A stretch of 64,000 nt of DNA. Origin: Antedon mediterranea (taxonomy: Eukaryota; Animalia; Echinodermata). The stretch spans positions 3,901,812 to 3,965,811 of the forward strand of contig NC_092675.1 in assembly GCF_964355755.1 (NCBI RefSeq), read 5' to 3'. The notes under the pieces are model-generated. The model was not told the origin of the DNA. It made no database searches and was given only the letters and a program-made list of their open reading frames with translations. How positions within the stretch are numbered: position 1 is the first letter of the stretch; the number at the start of each line of letters is the position of its first letter. Below are positions 40,436 to 53,684 of this stretch, piece by piece. Made by a program: the position numbers and the translations under genes.

Positions 40436-41339
40436 TATAAAACTTGTAAAATGTATTGACTTTAATTTGGAACGTCAAAAAAAAGTTTCTGTTAATGAAT
40501 TTTCGTATGTTCTTTTTTTCAACTTGACAAAGTTTACAAATGTTCTGATCAACAAATCTTTTAATTTGTTATTTAATATCCACAATTTAAGCATATAAGC
40601 TTACTAATCTTAAAAGAAATCAACTTAAACATTTACACTTAAATGTTTACATTGATGCAAACATTAATGTAGTCAGTAACTTATTCTAAGTCTTTTTATT
40701 AGCTTAAGAAAGACATTAAAACATTGAATGTCAGTCGAAACATAAAGAAGATACTTTACGAGTTATGTCAAATGTAATTTAATTGATCTGGTAAGAGACA
40801 TATCGATCTTACTGATTAGCGGTACTTTACACCGATCACATGAATCAAGATGTAGCTTGGCGGTTACAATGTGGCTTAGGTTCAAATCCACATGGCCAGG
40901 CACATTATCAGCAGTTCAATCAGCAACAACAAACTTCACTACCTAAACTTATACCTTTTTCACATCTGCATAAATTGTTACAACTTGTAACAAGTGAAAT
41001 CTTTTTTGAAGATTTTCCACAAAATTGTCTTTACACTATGCAAACCTGGTTACAACTTGTTACAAGTTGTTTCATTTTGCAGAAGGGTATTAGTTTAGGA
41101 AGTAGTTTCCCTTTAACAATATATGTTTAGGCCTACTGTTCAATTTAACTAATGTAAATTTGGGATCCTACTAATTTTGCAATACATACTTACACTCTTT
41201 AATTTAATTTAAAGTTTTTTGGAATAATTGTCCAAAAATGTATTTATCTAATGAATACTACTGTATATGTGTGTATATATATATATTTTATTTTAGTGTA
41301 TACGTAACTCAATATATTTTTGTTCTTAAGTAGTCCAGG

Positions 41340-41532
41340 AACTGAAAACAACTCAACTTAAGAGTTATGCAAGTACTTATGTTGACTTTCAGGCAAACGC
41401 AATTTGAAGTTTTTAGTTGCGCTTAGTTCAAGAAAAAATTTTCAAACCAATGCAACTGAACTCAACTCAACTGCGTGTATATCGACATAATTTGCATTAC
41501 CTTGAGTTGCGGTCAGTTGCATTGAGTTGCTT
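41340..41532. mobile_element. Decayed palindromic element rich in CAACT/AGTTG pentamers
   Basis: IRs CAATGCAACTGA (41448-41459)/TCAGTTGCATTG (41513-41524) and CAACTCAA/TTGAGTTG. Confidence 0.5.
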
Positions 41533-42989
41533 GGATCGCTTGTTTCTTTCTTTCAATGTTGACATAAGCTTACTTAACAGAATATTACAAGTAAAACAGA
41601 TACAGAATCACACAAGTTATTTATTAAGAAATACAAGACTGAAGATTTTTTATGAAGGCAGATTTGTAATCATTAGTTAAGGTTAAATATTGCAGATGAA
41701 ACACAAATCATTGGTGTTTAAAATTGAAATAAAAGATATCCTGTTAACTTAGATAGTTGAAATAAAAGATATCCTTCTAACTCCGATAGTCTAGACCATA
41801 GAAATGTGTAATTCTAAATGGAACATTCTCTTTATTCGGTTCTATTTTCTCGAAACAGCCTTGACTGTTCATTAACCATACACATTAGGCTAATAACATT
41901 TGTCAAAACCTCATGTAAAAAGTCACAGAAAATGACAAATGTGTTTTCTATTCGTTCAAAAGGCCAAGGCTTTGTAGCCAAAATAATTTGTCCTTTTTTT
42001 CTTTCGCGGAGATGATGTTCTGATGACGTACTTGAAGTTCAAAATGCTAATTAAATATCAGCCATAACACTTTAGTGTGTGAATAACATTCAATCAGATT
42101 GAGATTCAACACACGAATCTTTTATTTTACAGCAATATGCTACAAAAATCAGGGGTCTGCTTATATGTTCGACTTATATTTTAAATACAATTCATATTTG
42201 TCCTTTAGTCGTAGGGTATACCACAAGTATAAGCAATTTCAATAAAGAAGAAGATTTAAATGAAAATAATAATAATAAAAAGCTTAACTTTAGGTTGATT
42301 TTTACGCCCAAAATATACACAAGCACTTCATACTTTATATCATATTTTATTCCATATAAAGTCTTTTTCCTTCAAAATTGTATCCTACTATTAAAAAGAT
42401 AATAAATATAATATTTTAATCAGCATCCTTTTAGAATAAAAATCTGTTTGTCCTTCATATGATGACTGAACTTGTATTTACATTTTTCTCTTATTTTCTT
42501 ATTTCTATCTTTCTTTATATACTTCACTATATCATCAAACGCAAATGTAATTAAACTAACAATAAAAAAAAACTGACTTAAGGAAAACACTTACAAAATC
42601 AATGAAACATGTATGTTTCTACCACTTTCAAATCTTGAAAAATTAAAACAAGATTTTAAGGAGCGAAAAGAAATAGAAATTTAAATGAATAGGTATTTGG
42701 AGATTCTATTTACGATCAGTCAAATGCTCTGCAATAACCTAGGTAAAAGGGCAATGACTGAATGTACAATGTAGTTAATAATTCTGGAAACAAAATTTAA
42801 GAATTTATCAATCATACTTGCATATCTATATTAAAAGTTATATTGTATGAGTGAGTTGATGGTCTAGCTGTTAAGACATGAGTTATGTATTTGTAATGTT
42901 TATTTACAATTTACAATTTCATTTATTACAATTTTACAACAACCACCCAACAGTGGCTTCTTCATCAGCACTGGTTTTCAGCTGAATTT

Positions 42990-43038
42990 TTGGTTTTGGT
43001 GGTAGAGAACAAGTCTTCTCAAAAAAGAACTATAAACC
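42990..43038 (+). mobile_element. SINE family D fragment (related to 59011-59146)
   Basis: TTGGTTTTGGTGGTAGAGAACAAGTCTTCTCAAAAAAGAACTATAAACC aligns with TTGGTTCTGGTGGTAGAACGAGTCTTCTCGAATAAGGACTATAAACC. Confidence 0.65.
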
Positions 43039-45244
43039 ACTATATACATTACATTATAATTTAAAGGAATGGAGGATTTAACAATACTGTACTAGAAAAT
43101 ACTGTATAAAACATGTGTCTATAACAACAGTATACTGTTACTAATATCTTCCGTGTTTACTTAGAAGTTTACAAATTATACAATTCAAACCTGTTCTTAT
43201 ATAAGAGCATTTATTATGTTAATGGTGATATTAAACAAGTTCTTTAAAAAAGCCCTTTTCGTAATGTCACCAAAATACACGTTATTTACTCCCACAATGC
43301 AATTGTGCAATAAAGTGGTTTGTGAATATTTAACTACACATGCCTGAGGCCGCAACTCAAAATGAATCGTAGTCAAAAGATCCGTTACCAAGGTGAGACT
43401 ACGTGGGTTGAATGGATAGCCGAAGGCTCAGCCGTTACACAGTTAAAAGCCAGCCTTTGATCTTAAAAATGCTCTTGAAAATTACGCAGAAATGTCAACA
43501 TAAACATATTGCCTACAATAATATGGGATTAACATTTTTTGAAACACAATGATAATAATTTAACTCAATTGATGGCATAAAAACACGAAATTAGTCGATT
43601 GATCATAAAAAGTGCTATTAATTAAATGGTTTTTCAAATTAGTATTATCGTATTATCTTTTAATGTGTTATATAAGAAATAAAATTGACAACCTTTTATG
43701 TTCTCTTGTGTATAAGACATGACAGCCTAAAGGGTTAACAATATAACTTGTCATGAGTTTCAACACCAAAAAATGTCAATAAAAGAATTTAATCTCTAAA
43801 AAATATGTGATAAAAAAATGTTCTTTTCTCACCCTTCATTTTCCCTTGTGGCAATTTGATTTGATCTGTAATTAATTCTATGAATAAGAAGCAATGTAAA
43901 ATGCTATCAATAATATTTATAGTGACTTTAAGGTTTGAAAGTTATGGTACTTGTAATTGTTTGCATTTATGCAAAAGGTTTCAGCCTATAGTGACAGTTT
44001 CCGACATTTGAATTTTTAGAAATGCAATCTTTTCCGGCATTTGAAAATTTGGAAATCCAATCTGTTAGATTGCATGTTAAAGTGAGTATTATACTAACAT
44101 GCAATGCCATCAAACATGAAAACCTTTAAGACAATCTTAATGGGTGTATGAAGTTTGTGATCAATCTTAACATCATGCAGGTGATGGATGGCATAGCCTA
44201 CACTCAAAAAAACCTGTAGAACTTTGGAGGATTTTTATACAATCGACATAAAGCTGCTTGTATAATAATTCATTTTGGAATTTTCGCATTCACATTTTGA
44301 CTTTGTTCACATTAACAAGGAAAGAACAAACTTAGAAGAATTAAACACATCCACTTTTAATATAAAATTGAAAAATTAAACAACAACATTTATTATAGTT
44401 CACATTTTAATTTTTTATCAGGATTTTTTTTCATAACTATAACAATAAAACAACCAAACCAAACATAGGCCTAAGATTTTCAAAATTGTTTTACTTTAAA
44501 CATCTTCTTCCTTTAAGGTTTTAAAGCTATTATCCACTAAATCAAATGGAAATTATTGTTATTATTACAACTAAAGGTAATAAAAAACAATATCACTAGG
44601 AATCAACCTAATACAAAATATCTGGAAGCAACTGTCCAAAATAGTACAAATACAAAGTACACAACCACGCAATTTAGTCTATCGGACATTCAATCACATT
44701 GAATTAATTTCTTAGATGTTAATCATTAAAATAAGAGTAATTATGGGAGATCAGGCAAAATAGACTGTGGCTGTTCTTTTGTCGGCAACGAGCTGTGACG
44801 TTGACCAACTAGGTCGTGTCCATCGGGAGATAATGTTGATGAAAATAATCATGAACAAGCGCATTGGCTTGCAACATAAGGTACGTGATGCGGACAATCC
44901 ATACGTCTTAGAGGTTTGTTCATGGACATGGTATAATAGTACATAGTTTGTTGCATTGTAAAGTGAATGAACTAATATTGGTAGCGATTTGTAATCTAAT
45001 GAATAAAGAAAATTAATAATTGAACAATAAGGAATAGTTATAATAACATAATTTAAAATAAAGGATAAAATGATACCTTTCAAATAACTTGCAAATATTT
45101 GGCAATAGTAATCTGTTATTATTCCACAATTCATCCTATCATCTTTGAAAATCTCCGACCTGATATGAATTTGCATAGTCAAACTTATTATAGGCCTTCA
45201 TGTTTGTGTCTGATACGGAAAGGGGTAGGCGACAAAGGCTGTTA

Positions 45245-45296
45245 AGCTCTGTCTACACTATCAAACTATTTGAAAAAAAAAATGTGATGTGCCCAA
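45245..45296. mobile_element. MITE family A truncated copy 8
   Basis: TTA|AGCTCTGTCTACACTATCAAACT...TGTGATGTGCCCAA. Confidence 0.85.
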
Positions 45297-45819
45297 CGCA
45301 ATATAATGATTTCGATTGTTAAAAAAAAAATTTCATTTTTTCAACAGTCATTATCAATTCATTAATATTCTCGTAAAAAGAAATCCATTATACATTGAAA
45401 CAGTATGTTATCATTTGTTCAGGTTTTGTTCAGTCCGCGTATGAGAGATGGGATATAAACACGGACATGCTTGAGTAAATATGATTTGGCGATCATTCAC
45501 CCAACAACAAGCTTAATGCTTTCCACCATGGTGTTAGGTCAACAGTTTTGTTTGCAGACAGGTTTAATTAAAATCAATGTCACCAAGCCATCAAATAAAA
45601 GTTGTCTTTAACATCATTAATGATGATAGTATTTGAGCATTTTAAATCTAAATAGAGGGAGTTTTATGAAAATATAAAAAATACAATAAAAAAAAAGATA
45701 GATAATTAAAATTAATTTCTAGTTTATTATTTTATGTTTTTCAAATTATAAATAAGTATTTATAACCAGCATTTCAGAAAAAACACCAATCTTAATTGGG
45801 AAAACCACACTAGTAAATC

Positions 45820-46016
45820 TAAAAATGCATTGTCCCCAATGAAAAATGAAGATTAAAAAAAAAGACTTTTAATAGGCCATTTCACAGTTTTAATAAAGTT
45901 AATCAATTCCGTAGAAAAAAAATATTGTTTTCTCTTGTAAAAAAATCAAAATAAACGGTTAATTTCAACCAAAAACCCATTATCAACTTGACTATTTTTT
46001 GCTTTAAATTACAGTA
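45820..46016. mobile_element. MITE family B partial copy (inverted relative to 13163-13460)
   Basis: TTGACTATTTTTTGCTTTAAATTACAGT is the reverse complement of 13291-13317 with one extra T. The end reads TAAAAATGCATTGTCCCC. Confidence 0.75.
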
Positions 46017-49000
46017 TTACAAGAATTTTTAATTACTTCTATTTGAACAATTTTACAAAAACAAATATGTACAATTCTTAACCTTTAACTGTGTAAGTTT
46101 AAATATTGCAATGAACACTTAAGTAATATGTGAGTAGATCTAGGCCGTAGCATCCAACGCTGCAGTACAGTGCTCTACTTTCCTAGACAATTAACCATAC
46201 AAACTATGTAATGTATCTATAAATCAGTCTTATTTACTGTATTCCAAATGAGTTTTATTTTATTGATGGTTAGTTTGATTCTAAAAACCATTTATGAGCT
46301 ATTTAAAAACGGTTTTAAATATAAATTAGAATCTAATAAATCATAGAAAAAGAAAAGAGTCGTACACAGCTCGTAATAATTTAGTGTTTGTATTTTGTAT
46401 TCATTATGCTTAATATCCAAAACAAAATAATTTATAGAAGCTTTTAAAATGGAAAGAGTGGTATTGTTGCTTTTCCACTAAATACCTTCATCTTTTATAA
46501 TACAATCGTTCCTTGAAGCCTGACTCAATAAAACTGGAAAAACTGTGTTACAAATTTAGTTAATAATCATGGATATAGACTTTTGATTTTAAAATTAACT
46601 AAAGGTTTTTTTTTTAAATTTTTTTATTGTTTTTTCTTACATAAAATGTATAATACAATTGAACTGTGGATGATAATGCTCAAATTAAAGTATTATTTGT
46701 TGAATTCTAGTAATTAATTACATTTTTGTTAAATTTATATACTCGGTTCTTCGTACTGTACTGTATCTTTGGAAATTTCAGCATTGCATGTTTGTTACCT
46801 GTTGAAATGACAATCATAGGAATTATTTTTTTAAACAGTGTGACAGGTTATTTAAGAATTTTCCGATGATACTATACACAAGTATAAAATGTTCATAGAT
46901 AAGAGAATAAGCGAAAGATCAGACAATGGAAACTAAAGACAGAAGATTTTGAGTACACATTACTAATAAGTGTAAATTGCTATCAACACTCAAGTTTATT
47001 TTAAACATTAGTTTGTTAAACGAAATGAAGGTTTTCTTTAAAAAAAGTTACAACACTATAAAAATAGACTTCCTACTGATGTTAACTGTTGTATAATCCC
47101 CCACAATTTCAAGACATTATATTGATCATCAATCAAGGTATAAAGATAATATTTTCCAACAAATGGAAAAACATGTAAATGTAAAAAATGAAAATAGCTT
47201 ACACAAATTTAATATAATGAACAAACAAATAAAAAAAAAGGAACTCAAACTCAAGTTTATTTTAATTTTATTATGTTGTCGGAATTTCAGCAACAGTTTT
47301 CACGACATAAACTTAAACACTTTGGGGTCAATCAAAGACTTACTAAAGTTGGAAAAACTCTTGAAAAAATCTGTAAAAGCAGCAGCTGATATAAACTACT
47401 TAAAAAATAGAAAAAAAAAGGAATAGTTTGGATTTTATAGTACTTTTAGGAGTGGAATTAATAATTACCATAAAAAATGAATTAAATGCAAATTAGAAAT
47501 ATAAAAAATTCATAACAAAATAATCATTGGTGTTCCATTTAGGTGTTCATCTAGGTCATATACATAGTTAATTTTTCCATAATACTCAATGGTGTTCTAT
47601 TAGGAACTATAAATTTGGTTTAAAACTTGTGAATAATGAAGATCGATACTGCTTATAATACAGACAGGTGACACTTAGAGACCAGTTCAGTTAATAGAAA
47701 GCTCAGCGCCATCTGTGCGACGAAGCATTCAACCGTGACCAGCACGCATATTAACTAGTATAAGTTTTTCCTAAGAGACAGGCTTAAATATCGTTAGATT
47801 TTAATATTTTATGATTTTCTTACATTTTCAAGGATAGATGATAGTTCAATAAGGAGCAGAGACTTTGGTCATTAAACTTGAATTGTATGCAATATTAATA
47901 TTTAATACCATTTTTGTACATATTCAAAACAAAAGTAAAATATTCATTTGTAACTAGAAAAAAAAGCTTCCGCTTAAATTCAAAATTAGATTAATTTCCT
48001 GGAGATGAATAGAGCAAAAATGAATAATTATATTGTTTTGTAACAATACACTAAATAAATACACTTAATTCAACTTATTTGTTTATTTTATTTATATTTA
48101 ACTATAATGCCAATAATAGTATTTATTAAATAAATTACTAAATATTTTTCCCATATTATGTTTAATATATTCAACAACTACTTGATATTCATCAAATACT
48201 TAATATATCATCATTTTAACATTATATACTTTAATAGAATCTAATTTAAACATTAATAATAACATCTTACATTATATTGGCATATAGATTACAATCTGAG
48301 TACTGTAGAAATGAACGTGTGTTATGTAGAAAGTTCGTAAACTTATGTGTACAAACTAATTTCACCTAAACGTCTATAACTTTCTTAAATTTGTCTCTCT
48401 GCACAAAGCAATTTTTTAAAATCTAAAAGTATCACTTGTTTCAGAGAAGTAAAAAACACAAGTATTCAGTGCACATTGGGTGTTAACTGGCTTACACTTG
48501 AACATATCAAGTGCAAACAAAATTTAAACCATTCCACAAGAGAGAAAATATATTAGCACATATAATTTACATTCCCACATATTTTTTATTAAAGCTAAAT
48601 ATGAAATAATCATCTTTTCCATTGTACTTCTTGTACAGTACTTTACTTTTGTTTTGTATTATGGCAAACATGCCACTAGATTAAAACCTATTAACTAACT
48701 ATTGAATCAAAAAAGTCATTCTGCACATGCTCAGAAACATTTAAATTCACAGAATGACTTGGTCTCAATAGCTGTGTAGTTTATGAATGACGAAATATAA
48801 TCATGTTTTAGTAGATTGTGATTTAAGAAAACTAAATCAAAATTACTGGTTGGAACATATGCATCAAATATAACTATGTCAAATTTTGTCTAGGAGTATG
48901 CATGGAGAAAAGAAATAAGTTTAGTAACTGGTTTAAGTTTCACTGCAACTGGTTAATGAAAAGTTTTCATAAATCCGAAGATGAGTAAATGAAACTTGAA

Positions 49001-49810
49001 ATTGATCCTTATAAAATATAGTAAAAAAACCCAGCAATACAGACTACAAGCTAGGATGAAATCATTTTTATAATATTTCTTTAAAAGTCATGGTCAAAAT
49101 GTTGCAATCAGAGACAAAACATGAAACAGATAGGCCTATGTATCTATAACATTGTATGTATATATGATTTGAAATTATTTTATAAATTGATCTACCTGTA
49201 ATGTCGTATTTACCACTTATTCTTGAGAAATATTACAATTCGAAGGATGTTTAATATACCCCCAAAGTGAATTCCTCTCATGTAGTTTTCAATTTAATGG
49301 TATGAGCATTTTGAAATTCAATATTTCATAAATGGAAATACTGATTTAGAATAATTCATAGGGATGATATTACATATCTGCTGAGGTAGATTAATACTGA
49401 TCGACTGTAAATATGACGTTAATTTTTTTGAATTTATTCATAAAGTAAAGATCGGAGAATGCATATTGGAACATCAATCGTCGTCGTCCAGATTACAAAG
49501 TGAATTCCAGCCGGAGGGTTTCACATTTTCAGTTTCTACATCTTATTTGCAAAAATGTTAAGAATTTCATATAAATATCTTGCGTTTTATGTTTTTTAAT
49601 TTCTTTTTTGCTTCTATAAACCTGTTTTTCTACATACCATTGTTTTTTTTGTATCATAACTTTATCCACAATAATTCCTGAAACTTGGCATTAGACATTA
49701 ATGTATTCTATATTATTTATTGATCAACAAAATTATTATTTATAATCAACAAAATTATGTATAACCAAAGACTTCTTTTTGTAAAAACAAAAAAATTGAA
49801 AGCAAACTTA

Positions 49811-49849
49811 CAGAACGTTTCGAAACCTGACAGGTTTTATTCTCAACTG
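49811..49849 (-). ncRNA. Candidate minimal type I hammerhead ribozyme (Penelope-like retroelement remnant), degenerate
   Basis: The minus strand reads CAG-UUGAGAA-UA-AAACCU GUC AGGUUU-C-GAAA-CG-UU-CUG. Confidence 0.45.
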
Positions 49850-50034
49850 ACGTTTTATCGTCAACAACCTGTCAGGTTGTACGATTATAATTTTTTTGGT
49901 TTTTTCTTGTTATACCTATTGTAAAACCAGATGAAATTCTTTTAACAAAATTATCTAGTTTAAGTGTAAATTAAGATAAACTATTGTTGTTAATTGTTTA
50001 ATTGTTAAATTTGATTTGTGTATAATGTCTTACG

Positions 50035-50110
50035 GCCTTGTCGAAAAACACCATTGAGGTGAACAAGTGTTACCGTGATTAAATAAAGTTTTTATTATTA
50101 TTATTATTAT
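50035..50110 (+). mobile_element. Possible LINE/SINE 3' end with (TTA)n tail
   Basis: A GC-richer segment followed by AAATAAA and (TTA)6. Confidence 0.35.
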
Positions 50111-50658
50111 GGAATTATCTACCAAATAATATAATTTACAAATTTATGATATGAAAACTTTCAAATATTTACTATAGGAAACATATGTAGAATCAATGTT
50201 ATTATTTTTTACCTCATGTATTGTACACAGTTTGTTTATATATTTTTGAGTGTTTCAATTTTAATATTGTCTACGTTTTCTTATTATTATATGTTATAGT
50301 TACCTACTACTTTGCTAATAAGTATATTTGTATTGTAAGTGAATTTCAGTTAAAAGAAAAAATAAATAAATAAATTTGGGTAAACCATAAAATTGAACCA
50401 ATGTTCTATTTTATGGTTTAATAAATATTAATGCACTGTATTTTCATATTTTCTTTTATATGCAAATTAGTTTAAATTGAAAAACTTTATAAACCTAATG
50501 GCAATCTATTTTATTCTTTTACTCTGGTTGATGTTTCATCACTGACAATAATTTTGTTTTGTGTTAAAGTTTATCTTTCTTAATGTTCTAAGCATTACAT
50601 ATCTAAGTACCATCAATTACAAAATGGATGACAGAGTTGATAAGCTTGTTTTTCTTAC

Positions 50659-50827
50659 CAACATGATCTTTGGATGATATAGCTTGAACCGTTCCTAATA
50701 ATGGCTCCCTGTCTTATTGACCGAATGTAATTCAAGCAAACCGAACATATGGATTCCACAACATTTCCGATGAACCGAAGAACGTGCTATTTACTAAAAA
50801 CAACCTCGACGTAAATAAGACTACAAC
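50659..50827 (-). other. Candidate non-coding exon (minus strand)
   Basis: Acceptor TTTTAATTTTCAG and donor TG|GTAAGA. CpG-richer than the flanks, with stops in all three frames. Confidence 0.25.
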
Positions 50828-51266
50828 CTGAAAATTAAAACCGGTGAATCGGAGGCGATTGATGACACAACAACTGACATAGAAGAAATGTTTGATTATA
50901 AACTATATCCAATGATTTTTCCTTCGTCTTTATAGCACAGTTTTTGTTTCATAAATTCATTTTTTGTTGATAAAAAGACAAAAGATATTAATGTCAATTT
51001 ATGTATGTGTAGACTGTTGTTTTGATGGGTTCTTTTTTCTCTGTTATTGTAAGTAATTTAGATTATTTATAATGTCTAGAGTGTTATAATATGTTTTTAT
51101 TTTTTGGGTTTTTAGTTTTTTATTTTAAAAATTATTTTTGTAATTAATATATTATACTCATATCTGAGTTGGTTGGATTGGAAAGGAAGAATACCAGCTC
51201 TGCATTGTTTACATTTATTTTTATGCCTGTTAAGAAAAATTAAACATTAACTTATTTTTGTCTTAC

Positions 51267-51331
51267 CTTTTAGTTTGCAGGTTAAACAAACGCATCATTA
51301 CTTTTATATTGAACTACACTGGGAAAAGATA
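51267..51331 (-). other. Candidate non-coding exon (minus strand)
   Basis: Acceptor CTTCTGCTTCTTTACAG (alternative TATCTTTTCCCAG) and donor AAG|GTAAGA. Confidence 0.25.
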
Positions 51332-51531
51332 CTGTAAAGAAGCAGAAGCACATTGTTAAGAAATAAACACACCTGTACAGTAATGATGGAAGTATAAACG
51401 CCCTCTAACAAATTATGAATACGTCAGTGGGCTTAATAGCCATTATTTTTTAGCATAAAAAGAACTAATTTCTTGTTATTTTTTTAACAGATGAACTAAA
51501 TACCAATATTAATTTTTATGTTATAACTAGG

Positions 51532-52249
51532 TTTTTTTAGTCGCGTGGACGCGACTCTATAGTTCACTATGTCGGTCGGCTGTCTGTCGGTCTGTCTGTC
51601 TGTCGGTCCGGTATCACTATGCATTTTATCGCTTTCTGACCTTATCTTGATATCAGTTTATACTAGCTAAGTCAATTTTTCACAGTATATTCCTTATGGC
51701 CAGGAATCGATGTGGTTACGTTTTCAGGGTGCGCAATAAAAAATTACGCGGTCTACGCACGATTTAACGAAATCACGTTTGTAATCATATCTTCACAACT
51801 ATGAATCACAATTAAATAAAATTTGGTACTCATAAATTTCAGGGCATAAAATCATCATATGGCAATACAATTACGTGCGTAGCGCATGTAACGCATGCGT
51901 ACGCGCGCTTAAAATTTTCTAAATTTATTTTCGATGAAATAAGAGTACGTTTTTCATTTTAAGCGTTTACAAAATTACCATGAGTGTGCAGATTTTTGCG
52001 CGCGCACTGCGCGTTAAATGTTTTTGCGCACTCTTTTTGCCCGATTTCTGTTTTCTTAACTTACTTTTCAACTCGAAATTACGTTATACGAGCACGTTAA
52101 AACGTGTAAATTTAAAAAATATAAATGTTTTTAAACATTTCAACATTTTAAAACATGTTCAGTAATTTCGGTCAGTTGGTAGGTTGGTCGGTCGGTCGGT
52201 AAACACTAATGAGCACGCGACTGCAGCCATCTATATGGCCTTGTTTTTT
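51532..52249 (+). mobile_element. Helentron-associated non-autonomous element (HINE / DINE-1-like), near intact, about 710 bp
   Basis: T-run, 5' subterminal IR AGTCGCGTG with adjacent IR forming the hairpin AGTCGCGT-GG-ACGCGACT, (GTCG/GTCT)n microsatellite, CpG-rich core, second (GGTC)n tract, 3' subterminal IR CACGCGACT (52214-52222), 3' stem-loop GCCAT-CTAT-ATGGC, then a T-run. Confidence 0.85.
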
Positions 52250-53684
52250 AATATACTAGTCTGAATTTCTTGCAGCTTGGTTCAAAATTACTTTAATTTT
52301 CTCTCGCATGGTCTTAATCCCCCAGATATTTAACAGGGCATTCCTGTATTTTAATTTATTTTTAATTTATTAAATAAGCATCTAAAATTAAAATAATAAT
52401 GCGTAATATAATTTTATGATTATCTAAGGCACAAAGAAAATCAGTAACATATACATCAATCCATGTGTGACAAAATAATAATTTGTAAATAATTATTTAT
52501 AAATGAAAGGCTTACGAGATAAACTGACCTATCAACCAATTGGAAGCTTTGTTTTGATGTCAGCAGCGGGTGTCCTTCTCTGACCAGAAAATGATGCGTT
52601 GTATATCGTTATTCATCTCACCTGGCGAGGATATGATCGGTCGCCTGTCAGCTTTGTGATCAATAAAATGCAATTTCAGACATTATTGATTGCCTGGCTA
52701 CTCTCACTTGCTCCAGGCAAAGTTTATCAGACTGCAAGAAAATCAACAAAATCCACAGAAATGTACATATTTATAATACTTGTTCATTATTAGTCAAGTA
52801 GTTATCGTTATTCTGAATATTATATAATTTCAATCTATAAAAAGTGGCGCTATAGGCACTGTAACGGTTTCTTATGGATCACAATGCCTTGGTTCTAGTC
52901 ATTCGTCTTATAGACAAAAAAGCACTGCCACTAACAAGCCTTTTACATGGTCTAAGGCATCATGTATTTAAAAATTTAGAATCCTTGGCAAACTCCTGAG
53001 CTATTTAAAATGTTGCTGAGATGAATAAAATAAGAGAAAGTATGTACACAATTTCTGATTATTTAAAACATTTGAAACTACATCTTAAAACAATACATGG
53101 GGTTAAATAATATAAACAAAGTTATTGTCAAAATAATGTTGCCATAAAACCATCGTATTATAAAAAAAAGTATAAAACATTAAGCCGGTCATTAAAAAAG
53201 AAAACAAGAAATATCACGTACAAAAATAAAACAGTGAAAGGTTTTTGCTACGTCATAAATGTGGGTACTTAGCAGAACTCAAGTATATCTGCCTCTACCA
53301 GTCGTTAATGCGTTCTGTTTTAATAAATGAAAGCAGTATTATACGCTAGTACATTAATGTGTTATTCCATGTCTTACCTTCTAAGATCACATCGTTGTTT
53401 ATCTTCTTCATGTTCTTAACTTCTAAAACGGCAACCATCTGAGAAGAGTCTTTGGATTAGTGAAAAGCCGAGCTACGCATTGATGTAATAATATTAACTT
53501 TATTGTTTCTCTTTTATAACAGAGGCACAATTCTCAAGAGATGTGCAACAACAAAAAAATAAATATGGACTTATCTTACTACACAATCAAATAAAAACAT
53601 TATAAATTATTACATTAAAAAGTATATAAACATCAGGTTATGAAAATTCATTCAATACATTTGAGCAAAAAGTAAAAGATTGTG

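Noticed and set aside
40178-40459. Trp-periodic heptad ORF (KTITKWS)n
   Set aside because: It lies inside the 21-bp array, has a non-ATG start and has no supporting exon context.
45171-45181. TTGCATAGTCA, the start of miR-153
   Set aside because: Only an 11-nt match, with no hairpin.
44751-45182. 143-aa minus-strand ORF and a + strand donor-like AAG|GTACGT near 44880
   Set aside because: No recognisable domain, a non-ATG start, an AT-rich random-like composition and no good acceptor.
52207-52216. TAATGAGCAC shared between the HINE 3' end and the 63/86-bp minisatellite
   Set aside because: A 10-bp match with no flanking similarity is compatible with chance.
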